From contig NW_008806289.1 in the NCBI RefSeq assembly GCF_000400465.1, positions 180,001-242,000 on the forward strand: a stretch of DNA of 62,000 nt. The letters run 5' to 3'. This stretch comes from Wallemia ichthyophaga EXF-994 (Eukaryota > Fungi > Basidiomycota). A model generated the notes under the pieces. That model did no database searches. It was not told the origin of the DNA and saw nothing but the letters and a program-made list of their open reading frames with translations. The position numbers were made by a program, and so were the translations under genes. Positions 49,665 through 62,000 of this stretch are shown here, in pieces (position 1 is the first letter of the stretch; the number at the start of each line of letters is the position of its first letter).

Positions 49665-51844
49665 TTAGATTACATTAGTTTGAAAAGATGGTTTGAATAT
49701 TGGTAGTATGTGTGCCTAGGTAGTTGCGTCAGTCGCGTGTGTCTACTGCACTGTAAACTTACTTCAGTGTTGAATACTACCTCTGTAATTGCGTCGTTAG
49801 CAGTGGTATTTACGCATTAAACTACACTTACTGTCTAAAGGTGCTACTGAATTATCCTCAAATAGTAAATAAAGATATTTGAACGTCTCACTCTGTGTTG
49901 TGATAAGCATGGCATCTAAAACAACACACAATGACTACACCTACCAGTAGAAACGTCTCCATTTTGTCTTCATGATCTACTGGAACTTTGTTCACATTCA
50001 TTATACTAGCGTATCCGCCGCTGTTTATTTTTGCATGCTTCTCTATAGATTCAAATATGCTCCAACCCCACTCTCTGTACTTGTTGTTGCCGCTTAGCCT
50101 AAATGCTATGAAGATGGACTCCACAGTCTCCGGTCTGAGAATATAACGTCCGTCGATTGTGTCTTCACCACGTGAAGGCTTTATGTACCAATCCTCCTTC
50201 TGTCCTCTATAATCGCCAACTTGATGGAAGTGAATAATCTCCGGGGACAGACCCGACTTTGTTGAGGTGTATGTGTCGTACTGTTGATGCTTATGTGAGT
50301 TTGTTAACGAAAGCGAGTCTAGTGACGTACACATGTTTTGAGTAACTCTTCTCCAACCCACCAATCCTCACGTTGTTGAGTGGTGAATGTACTTTGATCT
50401 AGCGGAAGATGACTTTTGCCTTCGTGAACGCCGAGGAGAAAGAGTCCTGGCAAAAAGCAGACCTGAAATGATCAATTTGGCAAAAGTGGAAGGAGAACAA
50501 ACACACCAGATGGTCTTGCTTGTTGTATGGCCGGTATTCAGGTCTGAAAACGTTGTCAGAACATGACAAAATAAGCTAAGACAGCTGTCTCGCCTTTCAA
50601 TTCCACGCTTTGGGGTGAGTTCTATAGTATGTACCATCTTTTTGGGTCCTTGAGTCATTTTCAACAAGTGTCTTTTGATACCTCGACGAGCAGTATCATA
50701 CATGTCTTTGTAAACATGCTCGGTACTTGCTGTCTGAAGGTACTGCTTCAAGAGGTACTCGTAGTAGGAGTCGGCTCTAGAACCCAGTCGGATTGAACTA
50801 AAGTAGAAGTTTTTAACATGAGGACTGTTATTATGTAAACTGATATGATGGCATATTTGTGAGAAACATACTCAATGAAAATAGGTACCAAGCCATCTCT
50901 TTTTGGAGCATCCTTGATCAGTTGCATGACTCCTTCTGACTTTCTCCAGAATAAAGAATCGTCTAGTAGTTGAGAAAGGTATTTGAATTCCAATTGCAGA
51001 CTTGCGGCCTCTGCTGTACTTATGAAACCTCTGTTATCTTGATCGGATATACCCTCCATTCGATGCAAGTTGACGAAAGATAGAGGAAGACCGGAGTCTT
51101 GGTCGAATGAGGATACCAAGCGCTCGCCTAAGTCAGCAGCTAGATTAAGGTACAAAGGGTCTGGATTGCTTAGGTTTTGACTGAAAGGGTTTGATGAGAG
51201 ATAGTAAGACGATAGTAAACCACCGAGGACGCTGTTGTGGGTTAAAAGGAGTGTAAGTACTAGCAAATGAAAATATTTACCGGATTGTAGTCTGAGTGGG
51301 ATTAAGAGGATTTCTGTTTAGACAAGTAAAACACGCACTTCAAAGGTATTGAATTTGTCATCTACGTCGAAGGATAGTTCATTTTCAATCCAATTTCTTG
51401 CTCTGGCATACTCATCGGTGAGACCCATGAGTTGAATAGTATCACTGCGAGTGAACGAGTAAGTGTGCGGTATATGTGATAATAAGAAACATACAGACTA
51501 TCAATGATAGTGTAACCAATTCCGGCTGAATTTGAAAGATTTGAGCCAGATTGAGAAATTGGATGGTATTCATCGGATCCCCACGCGTCCCTCTCATAAG
51601 CAAACCACGCGTGCTTGAAAGCAGATTTAACAGCATCGCGTTTAGGGAAATCAGGTCCAAGATATAAATCATGTGTGGGTAAATCAAGATTCTTATCTTT
51701 AACGATGAGTTTCTTTGGCTGTGAGTTGAGTACTTTGTACTTTGAATGATTGATCCTTGTAAAATAATGATTCAGTAATAATCCAATTCCTATTCCAATG
51801 AATAGTATTTTAAGCGCCAGCTTCTTACTCCAAATCCCGTGCAT
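49665..51844 (-). CDS. MNS1: ER alpha-1,2-mannosidase, GH47 (start uncertain, 51844 or 51907)
   Basis: Type II anchor, FKHAWFAYERDAWGSDEYHP, STAEAASLQLEF, DSYYEY, YILRPETVES, DKMETFLL|ETFKYLYLLF, FNTE|AH. Confidence 0.92.
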
Positions 51845-51909
51845 TTCAATTCCTATTTCATTGACTGAGTCCACAACACAAAAGAATCCTTAACCAGAAA
51901 CCACCATCA

Positions 51910-53062
51910 ATGTCACAAGAATTTGATCAAGTTGAAATTGCAACGGGTCCTTCACTTATCTCAAAGCTTCAAGTGTGTTTTCTGTTGTTTCATCGGTGGC
52001 AATCATCCACTCACACATCCATTTAGGAATGTGGTATATCTGCAACTGATTGCCAGAAACTTGAATTGGCTGGCTATCACACTATTGAATCTGTTGCTTT
52101 CACTCCAAAGAAGCACTTGATGACAGTCAAAGGAATTTCTGACGCTAAAGCTGACGTCATTCTTCAAGAATCTTCCAAGTTCGTTTCAATGGGGTTCACT
52201 ACTGCTACTGAGGTTCACGCTCGTCGCGCTGACTTGATTAGCGTTACAACTGGTAGCAGAAACCTTGATACTATTCTTGGCGGTATGTTGTTGTGCTTCT
52301 ATTCATCCTTATCTAACTCGAATCAGGTGGTATCGAAACTGGAGCTATTACCGAACTATTTGGTGAATTTAGAACTGGCAAATCTCAAATATGCCACCAA
52401 TTAGCCGTCACTTGTCAACTTCCTATTAGTATGGGCGGTGCAGAAGGCAAATGTCTTTATATCGATACTGAAGGTACTTTCCGTCCTGTCAGAATTCTCG
52501 CCGTTGCTGAAAGATACGGTCTTAATGGTCAAGACGTCTTGGATAATGTCGCATACGCACGCGCTTATAACGCTGATCATCAACAACAACTGTTAATCCA
52601 CGCTAGCGCTATGATGGCTGAATCAAAATTTGCATTACTTATTATCGATAGTGCAAGTGAGTCATTGTCTCAATCACTTATTAAACACGCTCATTCTCTC
52701 CTCAAGTGAACTTATACAGAACAGATTTCTCTGGAAGAGGTGAATTGTCCGCTAGACAGATGCATCTCGCCAAATTTCTGCGAAATCTCATGAGACTTGC
52801 AGATGAGTATGGTATAGCTGTCGTGATAACCAATCAAGTTGTAGCCCAGGTCGATGGTGCAAACCCATACAACCCAGATCCAAAAAAACCTATCGGGGGT
52901 AACATACTTGCACACGCCTCAACCACTAGATTATTCTTGAAGAAAGGCAGAGCAACAACAAGAGTTGCCAAGATATATGATTCACCTTGTTTACCAGAGT
53001 CTGATGCGACTTATAACATTGGTGCAGATGGAATAGGTGACCCTATCGACGAGGAGGCTTGA
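51910..53062 (+). CDS. RAD51: DNA strand-exchange recombinase Rad51
   Basis: GFTTATE, Walker [37 protein letters not shown] (Rad51 rather than Dmc1 residues). Confidence 0.95.
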
Positions 53063-53259
53063 TTTTTACATCGTCGTGAGCAGGGTTAGCTATCAGAGAG
53101 AATCGATTCGATATTTCTTGCATCATTGCAGTGTTTACTCAGCAAAACCAGCATATCTCAAGTGTACCATAATTGATAACCCATGTACTCTAGAAGATTG
53201 TATACAGTAGAAATTTTATTTATTCCCTATGACTCATTCACATCTTGCTAACCAACCAA

Positions 53260-55099
53260 ATGGCAGACAGATTGTTTATATTGGATTACGGCGGTGGAAA
53301 CACACGTTCACTCACAAATTCAATCAAGAGATTAGGCTACGAATTTGAATGGGTTAAGGAGCCCAAAGATCTTGCAAATGCTGAGGTTCGTGGGAGGGAC
53401 ACGGCGTCAACAACGAGGCTGACAGATAGCTTATTAGAAACTTATATTCCCTGGCGTTGGCAACTGTGGTCAAGCTGTAAAGAGCTTACACAACTCCGGT
53501 TTGTTTGAGCCACTACGCCAGTACGTCTTATCAGGTAAACCTTACTTTGGTATTTGCATTGGTATGCAAGTCCTATTCGAAACTTCAGCAGAATCGCCGC
53601 AGGACAAAGGGTTCGGCGTTATACCTGGTTCTGCCGCCAAGTTTACAACAAGCGCAGTAGATCCAAAGAGAGTTCCTCATATGGGTTGGTCTGCTGCTAG
53701 AAGGTTGTCAAACTCATCGCAGAATCCAATCAACGGCGTTAGAGATGATTGTCATTACTACTTTGTGCACTCATACGCTGTACCCTACAATCCATCCAAG
53801 TTAGCTGGCTGGGCTAGCACAATAACTCAATATGGTAAAGAAATCTTTGTTAGTTCAGTACAACGTGGATCTGTTTTAGGTACTCAATTTCACCCTGAGA
53901 AATCTGGAGAAGCTGGTCTTGATCTTCTCAACAGCTTCCTCAAGACAAAGGCCGAACTTAATCCATTAAAGAGCTTAACAAGCTACCCAGAACCAGTTGA
54001 TGTTGAATTAAATGAGAAAGATGATCTTGTCAAGCGTATTGTCGCTTGTTTGGATGTACGCTCTAACGATAATGGTGATTTAGTGGTCACAAAGGGAGAT
54101 CAGTATGATGTTAGGGAGGATGACAACAACCCAGAATCAACAGATGCTGCTTCGAGCAAGCGTGAGGTCAGAAACCTCGGTAAACCTGTTGAATTAGCTA
54201 GACGTTACTTCAGTGAAGGTGCAGATGAAGTCGTCTTCTTGAATATCACTTCATTCAGAAACTCCCCATTAGGTGATCAGCCAATGTTAGAATTAGTTAA
54301 GGCTGCTGCTGAGACTATCTTTGTTCCACTTACAATAGGTGGTGGTATTAGAGATATGGTCGATCCAGATGGTACTCGTCACTCTGCATCAGAAGTAGCA
54401 CACGCATACTTTAGATCAGGTGCGGATAAAGTCTCAATTGGCTCAGATGCTGTATATGCCGTTGAAGAACTGCTCAACAGAATTAAAACCAATACTCAAC
54501 CAATACTGACTGGTCAATCAGCTATCGAAACAATCTCAGCTGGCTACGGTGCACAAGCTGTCGTTGTATCTATTGATCCAAAGAGAGTTTACTTTAACCC
54601 TAACAGTGAAAAACCATCTGAAGAGCATCTCCCTTCGGTCATTTACGGAAAAGACGCTAAAGCTAACACAACGGATGAGGAGAGAAAGCTAGCTTGGTGG
54701 TATCAGTGTACTGTTCAAGGTGGTAGAAGTTATAGAGATGTGGATGTCGTTCAACTCGCAAAAGGCGTTGAATCACTTGGCGCAGGTGAAATACTACTCA
54801 ATTCAATCGATAGAGATGGTTCAAAGAGAGGTTTCGATGTTGATCTCATTCAATTGGTTAGAGAATCAGTAAGCATTCCTGTCGTCGCATCTTCCGGTGC
54901 AGGTGAAGCTCAACACTTTGCTCAAGTCTTTGATGCAACAAATGTCGAAGCTGCTTTAGGTGCAGGTGCATTCCATAGAAAAGAGTTACCAATAGAAGAT
55001 GTGAAGAATGACATGCGTCAAAAAGGCTTAAAAGTAAGAACTGAACTTCCTAAAGAATTAGTACAAAATTTGAGTCAAGGTAAGGTTATATTACAATAG
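53260..55099 (+). CDS. HIS7: Bifunctional imidazole glycerol phosphate synthase HisH-HisF
   Basis: LDYGGGN, FGICIGMQ, YFVHSY, QFHPEKS, RIVACLDVRSND, PLTIGGGI, LNSIDRDG. Confidence 0.96.
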
Positions 55100-55149
55100 A
55101 TATTGTTATTTTTCATTCAAAAGGGATATGTTGAAGTTTAATAAATCGA

Positions 55150-57443
55150 TTACATTGATTGCTTGATAATTTCCAAACGATTTTGAATCCTATCTAATGC
55201 AACGTTTAATTGATCAATCTCCATTTGTGCGTTTGATTGTGTGTGCGTGTGATGTTTGAAAGCATCATGTACAACACTTCTAATCGTGTCTACTAATAGT
55301 GGTTCGTGATTTTGACTTAATGTTGATATTGGCTTGAATGGCGTTAAATTGAAATACGTGTAAGCGTTTGATATGATTAAAATCAAGATTAAAACATAAA
55401 GTGTTTTCGTAAATGATGGTGAAATCGTCAAAGCTCCTAGAGCTGAAAATATTGTCATCGTTAGTCTGACTACTTTATTGAATAACTCGAATGTACCATC
55501 TAATAAATGCTGTAAGATAGTTGGCAGCATTGAAGTATGTTCCATTGTACTCTTTAAATGACTATCCTCGACTTTAGCTTTTTCAGCTAATTCCTTTGAT
55601 CCTTCTTTTTCTTCACGAGCTTTCTCAGGGGTTATTGCATTAGTATCCGTAAATTCATTTGCATGCTCTTCAATATATTTACGCATTGCTGACTCTAAAG
55701 CGCGATGATAAGATTTCTGACCTTCGATTGCTGATCTTTCAATAACACCTGAAAAATAGTGAGTCGAGTAGATTTTCAAACATCCAGGACCCACCCTTTA
55801 AAAAACTTCTACCAGTCCATTCAACCTTTGTGGAGACAATAACATGAGAATTGTTGTTAGTTGCCCATGAAATTGCTGTTCTAGTACGAACAACAAAAGA
55901 ATTACCAGAAGGTACCTCTGGAGTACGGGTGGACGTGAGTACAAGAACATGATCATCAAAATCGACATGCTCATTTTCATCATCCAATACACATTTCGTT
56001 GACTTTGGACCGACACCTACTGTCAAAGGTTTGATGTAAGTGATTGTTCTACTAAGTTTAGAGCTATCAGCTTTGGGTTGCCAGTCAGATATTTGAATTT
56101 CTGTCAGGTCTTGAGTCGACATAAAGTCTTTAATAAAGAAGCTTGTAAACATAAGATTGTAAAGCTTTTCAGGTGTTGCTGGGAGTGTAGTATCCATTGC
56201 AACCTCTGGGAAGTTTACAGAAGGGTCAATCTTTGTAGGCCTGTGAATAGTTGGTGGAGGTCTTTGTGTCGCTTGTCTAGGTACAGAAGGACGAGCATTT
56301 CTAGATTGCTTTCCACCTTTCTCTTTGTGTTTACGACTGGATTTGCTTAATGAAGTTGAGGCTGATGTGGCAGAGCTTTCTGCAGATGTATCAGAGTCTT
56401 CTTGCGAGCTTCCTTGATTAATTAGATGGGCGCTTTCGTGAGACTCTTCCGATACTGGTATGGTGGGGTGAGACAACCTCCAGATGTTTAATATCACATC
56501 GTAAACAGTGTCTCTGGATAAAAACGAAGCGAAGACATACTATTGCGCGACAGTTAGCGTTGTCTCATCTTCATAATTGTAAGCCAACCTTTGCGCGCAA
56601 TGTAGAAATTTGGATTGCGTTTGGAATGACAAACGCAGTCATCTTCTTCTCGATTGCAACCATTTCAGAGAAAGGAACAGCAAACTGTATCTTATTAAAA
56701 GATGAATAGAGATGAGTGAAACTACCTACGCTGGTAACCCAACCAAATATGTTTGCGTTAAAGGAGATGTGATTTTCTGATATGTAAAGACGCCCTTGAA
56801 TAAGTATTTCACGCTGTAAAGCACAACCATAATCTTCAATGAGGTAATCTTGCTCAGGAATATTAGGAAAGAGTTGGTGAAAGTCAGCATTTCTGCGTGA
56901 ACTTGCGACAGCGAAACCGGTGATACCTTCGCCGAAGTAATCATTTAACTCTAAAGACTGGCTGTCAACATCTGAAGAATGTCTATCATTTAAAGCCAAG
57001 CCAATCTGAGGATCTGTTTCATTTAAAGAGTTACGGGAGGTATCGATTGAGTTCCTGGTTGAAGGGCTAATTTGAGATTTATCAGGAGTAGAATGACCGC
57101 TAGGAGAAACATCACGTAAAGAATCAGGAATATGATTAGAATCTGAGTAATTCCTTTTACGTGTATTGTTTGATCTAAGTGATGAATTTGACTGCGACTT
57201 TTTGTGATTGAATTCATCAAGGCTGAGGCTGCCATCACCGATACTCAAAGGTAAAGATCTCCTTTCAAGCGTAGGTGTCTGAGTATCATCATCCAGCTGA
57301 GGCTGCTGCTTATCAGGCATATCAAGCTTTGGTAGATCATCATATTGAGATAAAGGCTGATTCATGACCATAAGATTATGCCTATTATTCGTAGATTCCT
57401 CTTTGTTCTCCTTTTTCTTATATTTGTTTAGAATTGAACTCAT
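55150..57443 (-). CDS. GRAM + VASt (StART-like) sterol-transfer protein, LAM/Ysp2 family
   Basis: RRNADFHQLF, LIEDYGCALQREILIQGRLYISENHISFNANIFGW, VLTSTRTPEVPSGNSFVVRTRT, C-terminal TM and coiled coil. Confidence 0.9.
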
Positions 57444-57810
57444 CCTTCTTGATAATCAACTTTGAAGAATGTTAAGCTTGAGATTTTCAAGTCTGGGGGC
57501 TGTAAATATTTTACAGGATTTGCTGGGCGGTATATTAAGGGCTGTACCGTGAGTATTACCCAGCACGCATGCTACTACCCACTCAATTCCCATCCAGCAA
57601 GAAGAAAGTATCTCACTCGAGAAAATCCATGCGCTCTGCGAATAAAGGTTTAAAGGACAAGCAAAGCTTAGTACATTGCCCCGCTTCTGGTCTTCCAAAG
57701 CCTGCTCATCACCTCTCACAAGATCTTTACAACGAACTTAAGCGGAATTGGAAATCATTTCAGAAGTAAATTTCAATTATAAATGCTATTTGTCTCAATT
57801 ACATTAGTTC

Positions 57811-59333
57811 TTAAGCGTTAAGCTTTGGTGCTGTTGTTCCACGTGCTAATCCATCTTCACCACCGTAAACAACCTTTCCACTCTCTTGAGCAATCTCATC
57901 TTCGATTCTGAGTAAACGGTTGTACTTGGCAAGACGCTCTGTACGACATGGTGCACCTGACTTGATTTGTCCTGTTTGAAGTGCAACAACAAGGTCTGCA
58001 ATGAATGTGTCTTCGGTTTCACCTGAACGGTGTGAAACCATTACACCCCATCCAGAGCTTTGTGAGAGTTGTGCTGCTTCAATTGACTCTGAAACGGTAC
58101 CAATTTGGTTTACCTTAAGGAGTAATCCGTTACATGCCTTCTTTTCTACTGCTGTCTTGATACGAAGTGGGTTTGTAACTGTTAAATCATCTCCAACAAT
58201 TTGAATTGGTGAGTTTTGAGTAAAGTGTGACCATGCTTCCCAGTCATCTTGGTCAAATGGATCTTCAATTGAAACAATTGGGTATTTCTGTACGTATCCA
58301 AGGTAAAGGTCTGCAAGTTCCTTACCTGATAACCATTTAGACTTGTCTGAGTTGTCGTTCTTGAAATCCAAGTCATATTTGCCCTCCTTGTAGAATTCTG
58401 ATGAAGCAACATCAAGTGCAATTGAAACCTTACCAGTGTAACCTGCTTTGTCAATAGCAGTAACGAGCAAGTCAAGTGCTTCATCAGCACCATTAACATT
58501 TGGTGCGAATCCACCTTCATCACCAACGTTGGTAGCATCAATACCGTATTTAGCCTTGATAACCTTCTTAAGTGATTGGTATGCTTCTGAGCCAATTCTC
58601 ATTGCTTCAGTGAATGAGCTAGCGCCAGTTGGGAGTATCATGAACTCTTGGAAAGCAAGAGCGTTACCAGCGTGTGATCCACCGTTGATAACGTTGAATG
58701 CTGGAGTTGGGAGAACGAATGGAGCCTTAACACCAGTGAGTGTAGCGAGGTGCTTGTAAAGTGGAACACCCTTCTCAAGAGCAGCAGCTGATGCAGCAGC
58801 CATTGAAACACCGAGGATGGCGTTAGCACCGAGCTTGTTCTTGTTTTGAGTACCATCAAGCTTAAGAAGAAATTCATCAACTTGATTTTGGTTGGCTGCG
58901 TCAATGTTTGCCTTTACAAGCTCTGGGGCAATAATGTCGTTGACGTTGCTAACTGCCTTGGTTACACCCTTTCCGTTGTAAGCATCACCGCCATCACGGA
59001 GTTCATTGGCTTCGTAAACACTGAATAGGCGTTAGTAATTCGCTGCTTCAACGCTTCCCACTAACCCAGTTGAAGCACCTTTATATGTGTAAGCCAAGAA
59101 ATTCTAATCAACAAATAAAAAACGTACCGGATGGGACAATAGCAGTAGCCTGTTTGCCACCAGCAGTGATAACAACTTCAACGGTTGGCTATTTGTCTAT
59201 TAGACTGAGTGCATGTCTTTGTGCTCGACTTACACCGCCTCTTGAGTCGAAGACTTGACGTGCATATACCTGAGATATTCTGTAAGCTATGTTTATACGT
59301 ATCTTACAGCTTTCTTACTTTTTCAATTGCCAT
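57811..59333 (-). CDS. ENO1: Enolase (4 introns at the 5' end)
   Basis: MAIEK|[12 protein letters not shown]|PTVEV...VPS|GAST|[42 protein letters not shown]. Confidence 0.97.
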
Positions 59334-59673
59334 TTTAATAGATCCTGGTTGTGTCGAAAAAAGAAACACCTACGAATCAATCTACTTGAATTTGGTAATC
59401 AAAATTTTGCTTGCTCATGTTCCAAATAGCCAGCATAACTATACCATACAACCTCTTTATCCGCCTTCGTCGACATTAAGTTATCTCAGTCATGAGGGAA
59501 ACAATCCGGCGGTATCTCTTTTGCGCAGATGGAGTTGATGTGATTCTTAAGCGATACTTGCGCAATCCTTAAATTCAAATTAATTTCATTTTTAAAGAAA
59601 AATAACATGTATGAATGTTTGGCGGTATATGTACTCATCTTGAAAAGGTATTTTAATGAGTGTCTGTACAGAG

Positions 59674-62000
59674 CTAATTTGAAGATCTGAATAAAGAGAA
59701 TAAGTCCTTACGTTCCCTGGTTGGTGATTTCAATGTTTTATCAACATTCTCATCATTTTCTGTATTCACACTTGACTGATATTCACCATCCGATATAGCC
59801 TTTTCTTTCTTTGGTGTTGCTGGCATACGACTTTGTTTTGGCCGTAGCGATTGATTTTTGTTTGGCGACGTTGGTCTCGACTTAGACAATATTCCTCTTT
59901 TCTTCCGAAGGTTTAATGTACTTGAAATCGCTTCACCCACTGTCTTTTTAGCAGGCGGTGTTGACTCCCTTCGAGTTGATGGTGGCGAATCTGTATCTGT
60001 CGTTGCTGATGATGCATCTTCGTGTGTTTGCACTGGTATTTTAACTTGTCTATTCGAATTATTGATTGTTGAATTTTGACGACGTAATATCAGCTTGTAT
60101 TTATCTGTAACTCCTCTAGCAAACAGTGTTGATGGATTTATTCTGCGTCCATTCGGTGCCATTGGTGTATCTGATTCTACTAAGTCCCATTCATCATCGT
60201 CGTTGTCATCTGTTGCGTCTTCATCGTCTGCAATAGATGAGCTTGAAGACGAGCTAACAAGCATTGGTCTATCAAATGCTAGCACACCTGATTTCTCACG
60301 TCTGCGCTTTCTCAAACCATTTGGATGATGTGTGACAATTGATTCACTTTCCTCTACGTTGTCAGACATTGACGGTGGTACTTTTGATAGTGATTTTGGT
60401 TCCTTATGCAGCTCTGTCTCAAATCGCTGGTTGATAATGGCATCCTCGGTTGTATCTTTGTTCACATTATCGACACTTGTAACTTTCTCCAATTTTTCGA
60501 CCACCTCAGCTTCATCTCCAGTTTTCTCATTTTCATTAAAGACATCATCATGCTCCTCTTCATACATGACAGAATGACCATCCTCGTTTAGACGCCTGTA
60601 ACTGTACTTGTCAAAGAGATCTTCATTGTTGGCGTCAGCATCTCGAATAGCTTCGTCCGCGATCGCAGCACGCTCTGGGTCTATGTTGCTAGCATTTAAA
60701 TCATCATCATCAATAATTGGCTCCATGTCGAGGAATGTCTCATCAAAGTTTTGAGTATCGAGATGATCTTCTGGGTTAGTTGGTGGTATGTAAGGTGGGA
60801 TATAGCGTTTCGCGGATATATGATTCCAATCGAGCATTCCTGTCATGCTCATTAATACTTATTTGAAGTGATTGACTTATCTCACCAAAGTATGGATGAC
60901 GTTTAATACGTGGTTCACATAGACGTAATTCTGGGTTCTTTTGGAGAAGCTGGTGTGTGTAAGTAATTGTCTAAAATGCAAAACTTAAACTTACCCCTCT
61001 GAGTAAAGACTTGGTATCTTGATCCATATATCTTTCATCGCCAAAATTTAAGTCGTCGTGAAGTACACGAACATACATATCTGAGTGATTTGAAGCCCAA
61101 AATGGGGTCTGGAAACTTGTCAGTATGGGCGATGCTGGTTTGCATCCACGTACTATACCAGCAAGCATTTCGTAAAGCATGGTTCCGAGTGACCACCAGT
61201 CAACTTCATATGAATAGGATAAACCTTGAATAACCTCTGGTGCTAAGTACTCAGCTGTACCGCAGAAGCTACTAGTGGTATCTTTAGGATCGACATTGGG
61301 CGTTGTTGAACTGACTGTCGTCATCCATTCCGGTAAAGCCATGATTGGGCCTTCAGGTTTGGGAAATTGTTTCGATAGTCCAAAGTCAGTCAATATAATA
61401 TGTCCATCAGCTGCGATCAAAATATTTTCAGGTTTTAGATCGCGATAGATGACACCAGCAGCGTGAAGACCTTCAACACCTTCAACAATCTCAGCAGCAT
61501 AGAATCTTGCTCTGTCACGACCTAGACGGCCCCATCTAGACAGTTGAGTAGCTAAGTCACCTCCCGGATGGAAGTCCATGGCAAGGAATAAGTCACTCTC
61601 ATCATGAAATGAGTAGTGCAATTGAACGATGAAAGGATTTAAAACATCTCTAGTCATACGCTTTAAGACTGTTTGTTCAGTGAGGGTATGTAGCAACTCT
61701 TGGTGTGCCAAAACATGTCTTTTGTGAATGGCCTTCATCGCAAAGTATCCACCGTTGGTTTTGTGTCTGACCAAAAGAACTTTACCTGCGCAGCCTTTGC
61801 CTAAAACTCTCTTCATTTCAAAATCTTCAATCTTAACCTTGCGATGCTTCTTACGAACGACCTTGCGCGTAGTCGTTTCGTTTGTATCGTTCTGCAGTGA
61901 TTGGAGATTAGGTTCAGATTGAAATAGTTCATGAGATTTTGCTAGGCTTTGGTTGAAGGAAGCGGACTTGATAACTTCATCAGAATCTACTGGTTTCTCA
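59674..62000 (-). CDS. AGC-family Ser/Thr kinase (5'-partial)
   Basis: GKGCAGKV, AMK, YRDLKPEN, DFG, FCGTAEYLAPE, AGC tail TQNFDETF and hydrophobic motif FDKYSY, then a long disordered tail. Confidence 0.9.

Overview
A very compact eukaryotic (fungal, basidiomycete-type) genomic window. It has about 40 protein-coding genes, short GT-AG introns (mostly ~40-55 nt, with CTAAC/CTGAC-type branch points) and very short intergenic gaps. That architecture resembles Wallemia, but the genus is an inference and was not checked. Core genes read after manual splicing: TAF7 (5'-partial), RPB2, GET1, two CorA-family transporters, an AKR7-like reductase, SLT11/RBM22, RFA2, a GNL1-like GTPase, G-beta, SmE, mL43, an ENT3-like epsin, a class II aldolase, NOL10/ENP2, RIM1, BNA6, an SDR, VPS60, a copper amine oxidase, ALDH, PPIL3, a tandem-bromodomain protein, three P450s, CDC20, MNS1, RAD51, HIS7, a GRAM/VASt protein, enolase and a 5'-partial AGC kinase. 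I found no tRNA, rRNA, transposase or CRISPR. Several notable items are missing from the ORF track: (1) a spliced stand-alone RNase H1-type hybrid-binding-domain microprotein, divergent from RFA2; (2) a diverged, inverted ~360-bp intron-bearing duplicate occupying two otherwise empty gaps; (3) a 52-aa single-TM microprotein; (4) a candidate orphan gene at 38.8-39.5 kb. Other notable points are a divergent secreted amine oxidase/ALDH pair, a P450 trio with a 24-nt tandem gap that brackets CDC20, an Slt11 lacking its CCCH finger, and many head-to-head pairs with only 30-70 nt between ATGs. All splice models and family calls were made by eye, without database searches.
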